A stretch of 52,828 nt of DNA, the filler included, from Sphacelaria rigidula (Eukaryota): NCBI GenBank assembly GCA_964200075.2. It is 2 parts of 2 records of this genome, joined end to end, with 100 filler letters (N's around TTAATTAATTAA, not from the genome) between each part and the next. Parts side by side here need not be neighbours in the genome. Positions count along the whole stretch, not along the records: positions 26,492 to 52,828 come from CAXNAA020000140.1; 1 more part is not named here. One strand, 5' to 3'. A program made the translations under genes and the position numbers. Below, piece after piece: positions 37,301 through 49,300 of this stretch; positions within the stretch are counted from its first letter, which is position 1, and every line of letters starts with the position of its first letter. The notes beneath the pieces were generated by a model. The model was not told the DNA's origin and did not search any database. It was given only the letters and a program-made list of their open reading frames with translations.

Positions 37301-40300
37301 AGTTCTGTGAGTTCTGTAGGCCTCCCGTACCGTTACCGGGGGGCACGGGTATCCTCTTGATAAGATACCGAGTTGCGGGTACGAGCTGGGCCAGCCAAGA
37401 GGAGGTGTGCATCTCGCTCAGGCGACGCACGGCGCGATATCAGGAGTTGGACGTTGACATTTCGACAAGAGCTTTTTATGATCGAAATGCAGAAGATCAC
37501 GTCAGCAGCAAAGAAAAAAAGGGAAAAAAGAAGTCATGGGCATTTGAAATCTCAGCAAAAACAAGATAATGCCATAAGTCCAGGGGGGAAAGGAGAATCA
37601 TCAGCTGTTCACGTGAAGTATCAGTTCCTTGGGTGCAGAAGGGATACCTGAAATTTCAGCTCAAGAGTCGTTGAATCGGGCCGTGTGTTCAACAGTTTCC
37701 GTGACGCTGCTGCACCCCTATAAATCAAGTGACGGGAGACTCCAAATGTGGAGGTCATGAGTTCGAATCCCGGCAGGTTCTCTTATTGTTTTCGTCCGTC
37801 GTTGGGGTCATACATTATGCAGTACATTTTTTTCATGATTTTTTTCATTCAGCGGCGGTGTCGTGTGTTATCAGGTTGGTCTACACTCCCCAGTGATATA
37901 TGCTGACACCGGGTTCATTTTGGAAACCGGGAAAGCTGTGGGGTGAGCAAGTTTTCACACGTCGGACAGCTCATGAGCTACCTAAATATTTCTTCTTATT
38001 AGTGTACTGATCCGGATTACGAGCTAGCTCATGTGAACGCTTTTTCCGTATTTTCTCCCCACAGCGCTGGACACCGAGCACGCGGAGAAGCGCAAAGGTA
38101 GCGCTTTGGCTTCTCGGGCCCTGCTGTCACGTAATTTGTGTTTTTGGATGAACACTCTGAGAGTCCCCTTCGATTTGTTATTTTCGGTAGCTCATGAGCT
38201 GTCCGACGTGTGCAAGTTTTAGCCGCTCTTAAGCTGGCCCAGCTCTTCGGGTTTTCTGTGTATACTCCATACCCTGCCCGACAGTTTCTGTGAGTTCTGT
38301 AAGCCTCCCATACCGTTACCCGACAGTTCTATGAGTTCTGTGCAAAAACTTTACCCTACCTCGAGGGGCGGGTATCCCCTGAAAAAGTTACCTGATTGCC
38401 GGTACCTATTTTCTGTAAGCCTCCCATACCGTACCCGACAAGTTCTGTAATTTCTGTAATACTTTCACACTTGCACCGGACAGTTCTGAAAGTTCTGTAA
38501 GGGATCTCATACCCTACAGGACGTACCCGTACCTCACAGAACACAACCTTGCGCATTTTTATAGGTGAGGCACCCCACCGGAGTATATTGTTGTGCTGCA
38601 GTCCGGAGGTCGCACCCGCCCAACATTTGGCAAACGTGCTAAGCCATATCACAAAAATAAAGTGGTATGGCCAAGCGCACAGAAATCTCCTCATCACACG
38701 TCGAAGGATTGAGGTGCGATACAGTATTTACGCGATTTACCGCCAGCTGGAAGCGGTTGCGGGTCTGAAAAAGCACGTGTTAGGAAGCTGCAAAAATCAA
38801 CCATATGTTGTTAAAAGACAGCACCTCGAAATCAGCACTTTTCCATTGCCCAGATTCGGAAATGAATTCACGGGTAAAAATCGGATTTAAACGGGCTAGA
38901 ATCCTCATATTTGTACAAATACGGATTGGTTGCCATACAAAATGGTGTCGAGGACATGATTACAGGCTGGGCCGCCCAAGACGCGGACAGGGATGTGACC
39001 ACGCGATTTAACAGCTCAAATGTGGGTCGTTTTCTGTGACATTTTGACACAATGTACAGGACGTATGTACAAAGATTCCATTATCTCTCCCCTGAAATGT
39101 TTGTTTTTCTGGGGGAGGTTATTCACGATTTTCTTCCGAAATAAACTGTTCTGAAATGTTTGGCCGCCGATAACTCACATAGAAGGAAATCAGTGCAGGG
39201 GGCAGGCAGACGGTGGAGTCTTCGCACATACATCCTGTACATCGTGTCGAAATTTCATAGAAAACGACCCATAATTGAGCTGCTAAATCGCGTGTTCTTC
39301 TCGAAGACTGGTTCCTATGTGGAGATGAATCAGCCACGAAAAAATGAAACGTGGTCATGCTGTTCAATTTCAAGTATATTTCCACGAAATTTTGACACGA
39401 TGCGCATGGGGTATGTTACGAAGTCCCTGGTGTACCCCCCTTCCCCCCGACATATTTTGTTTTCAACGAGCTGTCGACGCTTTTGTACCAGGAAAAAATG
39501 TTCCGAAATTTAGATCACCCACAACTCACGGAAAAAAAAGGAGGAGGAGCAAACGGTAGGGGCTTCAAATATATCTCATGTATATCGTATCGTGTCAGAA
39601 TTTCATGGAAAACGACATGAAATTGAGCAGTGAAATGACGTTTTTCTGTCGAGAACCGCTTCACTTGCCTTTAGAGTACAAAAACCTCAGCCGGAACCTT
39701 GACGTTTTCTACAAGCGCGACGCCTTGGCGCGCTGGAGGTCTCGTCTGCGTGCCATCTGACAATGCGCGCGCCTACAGTACGGCATGCCTTGTTACAACC
39801 ACAACTAGTGCAGCGCTATCACATTGCGGTCGCGGCAAAACCGACAACCGTCAATACGATGTCAGCCGCTTTCCCCCCTAATTCCGCCGCACATGCCACC
39901 CTCAACTCTCTACACTTCGCAGCTGACTACAGTTTGGCATTCCGTTTGATGAGAACTCGTCACATCGCAGTGCTAGGTAATATGGAAGACGCGCGTTGAT
40001 TTGCAGATTACCACAATGTGTCATAATAGGCACGACTGGCGATAGAACGTCAATTAGAACCGGCTGAAAGAAAGTCCACTTCTTAGGGCCCAGCCTGTAT
40101 TGCAATAGCAACAGAATCTGCTGCAGCAGATGCCAATATTGTCGTCCGTGATGGCCTTCGATCGGCAAGTTTCTCTTTTTGTTGTCGTCGCAAACCTTCA
40201 CGCCGTTACTAGGAGTTAGATCCTGAAAATTTTCACAAATGTCCCATGCACTATCACCCAACTTTCTACGGACGAGGTTTTTCTACTTGTTGAGTTTTTC

Positions 40301-43300
40301 ACCGTTTTTTGGGGGTCCGATAGGATCCAAGTCGTTTTCAAAGTAGTCCCCATTCTGGGACCCCGGAAAACCGGCACGACGATTTTTTTCATTTTTTTCG
40401 CGCACGATTTGTCGCCGCGTGACCCAAGGAAGCGCCCCACACAATGTGGTCGCAAAACTCGATCAACTGATTCTTGAATTTTCATGTTCACGTCAAAGAA
40501 AGCCCAAAAACGTCGTTTTGGTAGAGAAATCAAGTAGGTCGTAGTACGGTACGCCAAGGTTTATCGCACAAAAGCGAAGAATCTCACGCCGTCTTGAGGA
40601 GTTAGACCCTGAACCCTGGAATGTTGCACAACTATACTATGGGTGATTACGCAACTTTGGAAGAACGAGTTTTTTTCCCCCACCGTTTTACGGGGGTCCG
40701 ATTGGATCGATGTTTTCCCAAGGAAATGGGGACTATCGAAAAACGGTAAAAAAAGTCAAGAAGCAAAAATAAAAACTCGTTCTTCGAAGTTGCGTAATGA
40801 TCCATAGAGCATATGTGCAAAATTTCAGGATCTAACTCCTTAAGACGAGGTGAGGTTTTGCCGATGAGTGTTCTTTGGGTGATCACTATGAACTAGCCAG
40901 TAGGTGGGAGTCAAGTGCCGCTCCGTTCCTTTCCACTGCATGTTTTCGATCGACAAAGCTCAGCTTTAGAGCGTGTCTTGTTAATACAGTAGCATTTGTT
41001 ACAGTACCGTTTGTCATGGCGATACATATGCCCTACGAGTAGTGCAGCGTGCAAGGGCAGGTGGAGTAGAGTACACCCAATACTCAGTATTTTCGAAGAG
41101 TCATACTTTTAGTACTCGATTTTTGAGTACGTCGTGAGTATTTGAGGTCATCTACTCAATCTACCCAAAAATTGATTCGAGTAATGAGGTCATACCCAAG
41201 TCAAACTTTACACTCGAGTACTACCGAGAGTGCTTACACAAAAATTGAGTGAAGTATTTGAGGCCGCACTCGAACTACTCGATTTTTGAGTAGAGTATCA
41301 TGGCCATACCCAAGTGATGATCTATACTGGCGAGCGAAAGATGAAGCAAAACACTGACCGCCCACGAGCACCAGCGACAGCAGTGGTGACGACAGCCAAG
41401 CCATCATGGCTGCTGTCGTGGGCTGTAAGATGTCTTGAAACGAGGTTCAAACGCGTTTTCGATAACATTATTCGATAGCCCGAGGTTATGGGAGAATCCT
41501 GCTTTTTTTTTATAAATGTGGGCTATCGGAAAATGTTATCAGAAAAAATTCCACCAGAAAATGCGTTTTCTGCCCACATAACAAGTGGGTTTTTGGTCAT
41601 TTATCATAAAACGCGTTTTTTTATATCGTTTTTTTTACACATAAGAAGTAGCCTCAGGACGTGTTTTGGCACATTTTCTGTCGATCGAAAAAGTACCGTG
41701 GAAGAGCAAGTTTTCGATGGTTTTGGCCAAACATGCATCTTTAATATAAAACGGTCAGGGGATCAAAATACTGGCAGATTCCCCCCTTTTTTTTCATCAC
41801 TTGACCGTTTGTTATTGAAAATGCAAGTTTGGCTAAAATAAAACTGCGGCCAGCGGGAAATGCAAAGTGGCCCTGGAACGGTCTCAACGGATAGAGCGAG
41901 CCATTCCAAGGTGCCCACATCCGCCTATTTATAGCCCTCTTTTCAGGCGTGACACGACGGAGAAGGGTCCAAAAAGCAGGATTTCTGAACGGCTCCCAGT
42001 AGAGTTGGTGTCCGGAACTTTTGGGACTTGCAAGGTAACTAATGACTCTCGAATGCTCGTGAGCGCTAAAGCGTACACACACGGTAGGTCTCCGAAGTGC
42101 TGCGTTTGCAGTCCGAATTTTTGGTCGCTTCGTTTTCGGAGAATTCTGAACGCAGCGTCCGAAAAATCTAGAAATTTCTGAGATGTCCGGAAAACGCGTA
42201 ATGGGCTGAACACAGAGCCGTAGGTGAACGCATGTCCTTTGCTTCATGTACTGTATTATGTTCAACCACTATACCCTAAGGTGACGAGCTGTTTTTCACC
42301 ACAGTAGTTCGCAGGGGGTCCGTCTACTTTTCATTAGTGTGGTCGGACGGTGGTGTCTGGCGCTCAAGCGCACATAGTAGGTAATCAAGTTATGATGTTG
42401 ATGTCATCGTTACATGAAAAACCGTTCCGACATCTGACGCGGACGCCTTCCGTGGTCATAGGCTAACTACCCCAGAAAAGGGTGATATAAAATTTAAAAA
42501 ATAAAATAAAAATTCCCACAGACGTGGTACAAGAAAAAAGCAAACAAATGAAAGTAATGATAATATCAGCATGGAAAAAGAAAAGGGGAGGGAAAAACTG
42601 CTATTCGCCCTAGTTCCAATGTTTCATGTGACCATTCGGGCTACTGTAGGCAGGACGCATTGATGTACTCAACTGCGCAACAACCTCATGCACGCACCCG
42701 AGGTAAGATAACACACCTTTCGTGTCTTTCTGTTGTCTGCCCACGTATTTCGGGCGCTTGTCTACTGTGCTGTTAGCACCTGGAAGAGCTCAGGAGGGTC
42801 GCGATGTTCTCCGGGGAACCGCACGAGGTCGGAGTGATGAACTTGATGCTGGAGTACGTCAAAAGTGATGACGACAAGACCGTTCACGTGAGTATGCATA
42901 CGTTATAGGGTTATGGACAAAGACAAGGACGCTGCCAGGCTCGTGTCTGCGTCTGCGGGGTGTAGAGTTGTAGCCGTGGTGGCATGTGAGGGTATTTTAG
43001 TAGCAGCAGTTGAGTGCAGTGGATGCCTCTTCATGAAGAGTGTTGTTCTCAGCGTGTACTTCTATATTTTGGTCATGGGTGCAACCGCTCCACCTCGTCC
43101 GGATGAATACTACCGTAGCCTCGAGGGATCGAGACGCCGTCTCTCCTCCGGCATATGCCTGACTTGCCTGACCTTTCGCCAGCACTCCCGCACCATGTCC
43201 ACTCTTGTCGAACGTTCTGCCCTTGAGGTCCTTCGAGTTATCATATCACCGAGGGGCGGTGGTGTGTGCTCATATGCTGTACATGTATAGGCCACCTCCT

Positions 43301-46300
43301 CCTCCGACAGCTCGAGGGCACAGAGTACGTATCAGTGATGGTGAAGATGCATACATACCGCTCCGAACTTGTTGTCACCCCCTAAACACCGTGTCTGACC
43401 GATGACCGATGGCTGTACTCATCTCGAGCCTACCAACATGTTTGCTTCTCTTCGGGGAAACATCAGGGAGACGTGGAGGTCCGCGAGGGCTCCATCATGA
43501 AGACGTGGAAGAGGAAGCAGCTTTCCATGGCTCGCGGTCTCATGGCAGTCAGCTCTCCTCACGGCGAGATCCATAAGCAGAAGGTATAGCGTAGGATGGC
43601 ACTTGGATGCTGTACAGCTAGAATGGGGGATGGTTGTTCTAGTGTATGGCGGCATGCGACCTACACCGGAATTCAAGGCGCTCGCTTGGTTGCGAAATAT
43701 GTAGCTGTTTGATTTCTAGAAGAATGCTGTCGTTGTGCTCTCACGGTATTATTTTTTCGCCCTGTAGGTGAGCTTCCTTTTCCGTCCACCAGTTGGTTCT
43801 AAATTCCGTACGGTATGTTGATGGGTTACCATTTCTTGATGTCAATGGGTCACGATTCGGTGCTCCTTTGGTCGTTGTTCCTTCGTTATACTACTAATAA
43901 AAAATATTTCGGTGATTTCTACTGTCCGTACGAGATGGACTATGATTGTGTTTTCATAGGAGTTTCTCGTCTGCCTTCAGGGTATTACTATCCACAATTT
44001 TCGGCATATTCCGATAAATTAGAGTGTTTTCCTGAAACGTCCCTTGCAAAATCGCTGAGAGAAACGAACGGTGTTGGATTCTCAGAGAAATAGGCAGTCA
44101 GATTTGGATTTTGATCTATTGCCTGACCTGTTTGACAACTCTACCCTCACATTGTTTCGGAGAGAGTTTTTTTCTCTTTTCTAACAAATTCGGAGACGTG
44201 GGAGAAGACAGAACAGGTCCCTAATCAAGACTCCTCTATGCAAGTGCTCGTTTTTCCATTAAAATAAGTTTTATGTGTGTGCGTGTGCGTTTATGGTTTG
44301 ATATTTCGCTGACAGTAGTGGGCGGTCTAACTATTCATTTTGTGGCATTTTGTGATTTTTCCGTAACTGACGATTTTCTTGGCATATTTTCGCTTTCCAC
44401 CGCCTATCACATTGGTGATCTGAAGACATGTGTGTCCGCTTTACATTCGAAGCAAATAAATCACCTGCACTCAATTTTGAGTGAGCTACGGGCTGACCGG
44501 TCATCGGGGGTCCTGCCCCGTTTCAGCCCAGATTGTTACTCTTCGGTATTTTCGGTCGATCGAGCCTGTCTTGATCATATTTGTGAAGAAATGTACAGTT
44601 TCGTTTTCAAGTTCTACCCACTCATTGCACCAGAGTCGAAAAATTGTGTTCCACCGTCAATAACACCTTCCTGATAAACGGGGTATTTATTCGTATCGCC
44701 CAATAACACCAACCAACACTGAGTTGGGTAATGTGTTTCGAGGATGATCTCTGAGTTGTTCCAAAAATCTACCGACGCTAGCAGTTTCGAGTTCTATCAA
44801 AGATTAGTACGCGAGGAAAACCCCCGAGACACCCCTGAATAGTTATATCGCCCAGTACTGTTGTAGGTATCATGTACTCTGGATGTGAGCCTTTCAGCGC
44901 TCTCCCGCTGTAGAGAGTCGTGTGTTGTGTTGTGCTTGAGCCGTTATCGTCCAGGATTTCCCCCTCTTTTTTTCCACCGGCAATCGTTTTTCGCCTTCTT
45001 TCAAGAAGTACCCCAGTAGTACCGACCGAAGGGCGATGAACCAACGATTGGACCACATATACCCGGCGGCGAGTCGTAAATGGCCGTCCCCTGTGAAATG
45101 TTGGAATGTTGTTCTACCCATGAGGTGGACACTAATGATAGCTGGGCCTTTGGTGTCAGGCAAGAGGGTGTACTGTACCGTGCAATGCTTTCATGTGATG
45201 CATTTTTGTATTTTGTCGGGTCTCATGACGACTCTTCCGGGCAGCGGGGGGCGAAGCGGGTACAAAGCCCTGTCACGGTATTTCAACAGGGCGTGTCTTA
45301 CGTCATGTGTCATGTGTCATGTGCCATGTGCCATATGTGTGTGCAGAGTATATCCCTGGATGGCATGGTGTTGGAGCGAGGGTGCAAAAGGGGCGACGAT
45401 ACGTGCTTCACCGTGCTGTCCCCCATGAAGAAGGTTCGTGGTTTGTCACTACTCGTACATGAACACAAAACCTCTTGTGTGGTATAGCTGAGTCCTAGAA
45501 TGCCGAAGTTCCTTGCGAGATTGACAGTATTCGGTAATCGAAGTCGCTTTGAACTGGCTGAAATTCAATCTGCTGTGGAGACATGCCGGATCGGTCTCAG
45601 TCAAGGAATCGCCTACTCACAACATAAATATTTTGAATACGCTTGTGTGGCTGGCTGCCATGCCCTCAGTATGTTGGTGCACCATTATCTACACAAGATA
45701 CTGTACGAACGTAGCATGGATATGTGCATCAGAGTCCGTGCCGTCTCTTGTGTGTTGCTTCCGCTCCACCTTGGATAAGTGTACGTAAGCGATTCCAACC
45801 GTCTGACATGCGTACACCACACGTATGTATGGTACTACTACTGTATGCAGGGACGCAAGAGCGTGGTGGTCCTGGAGGTGAGGGCACCGGACGCTCGAGC
45901 AGCGGACAACTGGTTAGTGCATGCCACGGTCCAACAACGATTGGCTTTCTACAGCCACCGCTTTGCGCCGTTCGCAGACGTGATCTTGCCGGGCGCCCCA
46001 GATTTGGCCTGTGATCCTGACCCTGTCCACATCGTTGGGGTCGATCTCGACGTGGTCGACTCTCCGGCCAGCGTCAACTGCATGATTGACCTGACCCCGC
46101 AGGAGGTATGGAGATGATACTGGGACACACCCAATCATGCATCACATGTACTCGAAGGTGTACGTTTACGAAGATACAGTAGATATGTGGACAGGTCAGT
46201 GCATGATTAAATGTTCGTTGGACTTGAGCGATTTGCCGTTTTCCTTGCGCGCGCTCTTTTTGTATGTTTCATGTGTATAACGCATGTGCGTTCTGTTTCT

Positions 46301-49300
46301 TGATGTCGATTGAATGCAAACGTGTATGGGTGCCGTATTGGTTTATTCTTCTCGATGTTACTCTTGTGTGAGGGGTTGTGTCTGTTGTTATTTCCCGTGA
46401 GAAGGAGTCTGGACCGAACAATGATCGATGACGGGACAGTGTTGGATTTCTTTTCCCCCGCTTCTCCGGGTAAAGAAAACTTACTCGTTCGTTTTCAGAG
46501 CGTTGTGTTAGGGCTTAGGGTTAGGGTACCGTAACCTTTGCTTTAACCTCAACCAACCTTCACCCAGTGTTTCGCTTGATACTGACAGCTCTTTGGCAAG
46601 CTTGGGGTGCAAAATGACCGGAGGTCCAGTCGACACTGACTGGACAAGAACACACGGTTGTACGGGATAATTGGAGACCAAGTTGTTCTCTTTTCACAAA
46701 ACAGACACATCTTTCTACCGGTGACGAGTACAAAGTGTCCGGTTCCTGCCCTTTGAGACCCATGGAACAAGATATAACGGGAAACGGTGGGGAATACTAG
46801 TGAAATCATTGGAATAATAGAAGCAAGCCAGTCGCTTCGAGGGTCGGATTTTCAACTGGAAAAGATGGTACAGAACCCGCCTCTCACAGCCATGTTGTAC
46901 ATGAGCCCCGATCGGTCTGCATGCCCACACACGCACACTCCTTCCCCCCCCTCCTTCCCGCCGGCCCTGACTCCGTCTCGAAAGGGATGCGTGGTCAATG
47001 GTCGAACGACTAAGACAAGTACCAAATGAGTACACGCCCCCGCCGACGGTCAGCACTCATCTCTCTCATTCCTTCACAATCAACCACAAACAAATGCATA
47101 CTTGACAGATGGAAGAGCTGGGTATCTCGGACCTCGACGCCGTCTTGGTGGATGTCCACCACTCGGACTGGGTCGCGATGAATGCCGCTAGAGCCAAGAT
47201 GAAGGAGATCTGTCGGGTACACCCTACCGGTGCGATCGCACGGAGGCCGACCTTCTACGAGGTGAGAATTGTAGCTGCTGCTGGTGAGGGCATGTCAGTC
47301 ATGGCCTTTTTCGTCCCTTGAATTGATACCTTTTATTCGTTGGTGTACTGGGTAGTTGTCGATTTTCGTACGTACTAGTGATACGTAGTTCTATGTATTC
47401 ATAGACCAACCTCCCGGTCATCTCGGGGAAGTAGCCTCTCACTCACTACTCTCACCAGCTGATAACACGTGCCATGGTTGATCACTCCAGTATGTATGAG
47501 TAGTGTGTAATATATATTAGGTATTTGGAAGCGGATGCGTGTTGATGGTGTTGGAATGTTGGTCTGTTCGTGTGTGTGCTTTGTTGCCCTTGTGCAGTGT
47601 AGTTAGTATATACCGCAATATCGTGAGAGCAAGATGGCGTTTCAGCAATCGTCACTCGTTCAGCGTATCATACCACGTGAGACATGCGAGACAAGGAATA
47701 GACGATCGATCGACGAATGGTGTTTATTTTTCGACCCCCTGGGGTGTCTCGTAAGCTACAACAGACCAGCCATGCATACCACACATTCCGTACCTCAATT
47801 CGTGCTGGGCTGGCTTACCGTATATCTTGCCTGGCCATTGTCTTCGCCCTTGTCCAACATATCTACACTTTTATGAGTGCAGAGCTCTACTCGATGTAGA
47901 TATCGCCGCGCTGTAGTGGCCTAGTACAAGTGAAGAGTGTTACAATATCTAGATTTTGGAGACCCTTGCAACCGTGTGGACGTGAGTAGTAGCAACGACA
48001 AAGCATTTGATGAGAGCCATGGCGGTGCGGAACTGCTGATCCAACATTTTAGTTCCTCGACACTACCGACACGCGCTGAGGAACAGAAGGGGTTGGCAGG
48101 ATGGACCAAGATACATTCGTTTGTCGTGAGTACGAGATGAAAGATGAATATAAACAAGGGTACAAGGAGAACGGTATCCCGCACACCTACCTACCCCGGA
48201 GTCCCAAAATGTTCTATTCATTTATTATGTCACCGTATTTTGCCCCTGTCGATTCGTGTGTTCACTGCATGTTATCCTTCAAACACGTGCTAAGTGCCTA
48301 CTTGCTCGAAACACCTATACTACTTGCTGCTGTTGATTGACTTGGCTTCATTCAAGGCTCGTGGTTGGAGACGATCTCCAACCGAAACAATCCCCTGCAA
48401 TAACCTACTGTACTAACAGGGCGGAGTTAAGGAAAACAATGACGATGGCAACTACATTTCAGCTTGTGCCAACTGGTCATAACGGAACAGACTAACGATG
48501 AGCCTGCAACAGTGATCCTGTACCGAGTGCTCCCTCAAAATACTGTACATCACCAACAACACCTTCTGGCCGACCTTTTTTCATATTTGTTTTTCATTTT
48601 TTCATCAGTGTTTTCTACATGTACGTACCAGAGGGAGTACGTGGATCGTATGCTACTCTCCCCCCCCCAGCCCTTGTTTGCTTGGATACAAACAATGAGA
48701 GTAGCGCCACTTCGTCCCACTCTTGTAAATCTATGTACACCCGTTGTACTGTTTACGCTCCCGTTGTTGTGACTATACTTTGTTTAGGTTGTGAAGGAGA
48801 CACTCGAGACCTTCCGCAGCAGCGGTGTCGTGAAGGCAACGGGGTCCACGTGGCGCAAACCGCCGGTAGCCATTCCTTCGTCTTTGTACGGACGGCGCAG
48901 CTCTGTCGGCTCAAGGTCTCGCAAGGGCTGGCACGGCGGGGCGCGGCAGGACAAGACGGCGACATCACCCACTCGCACTGCTCCGTCGTACAGGAACAAC
49001 GGTGGTGATACCGTTGCTGCTGCTTCTGTCGTTGATGCTGTTGATGACGAGGAAGAGGATGGCGATGTTGACGACGAGGAAGAGGACCAGCACTGGGATG
49101 CTGCTGCTTCTCTTGGTGTTGATGTTGATGATGATGTGAAACTGGACTGCGCGGTTTCTCTGCCTGCTGACCAGGTATGTGTGTGTGTGTGTGTGTGTGT
49201 GTTTGTGTGTGTCCAATTTCTCGACTACATTCAGTATCCGTGCGTTATTCATTTTTTGTTGTTTTGCCCATTTCCAGCCAACTGTTTACTTCGTGCGGTA

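Noticed and set aside
33838-38551. Regularly repeated cagaactgtcgggtac units resembling a CRISPR array
   Set aside because: Eukaryotic context, degenerate units, no unique spacers, and no cas genes. They are subterminal repeats of a TIR element with a TSD.
42661-42665. TGATG stop-start overlap suggesting translational reinitiation
   Set aside because: The ATG at 42663 leaves the exon in phase 1 and hits a stop in the next exon, so it does not restore the downstream frame.
43750-44900. Possible further Copia RNase H relic on the minus strand
   Set aside because: Only a vague NQLVD-like match; too weak to report as a feature.
46508-46560. Short TTAGGG-like run
   Set aside because: Only about three degenerate units inside an intron; too short to call an interstitial telomere.
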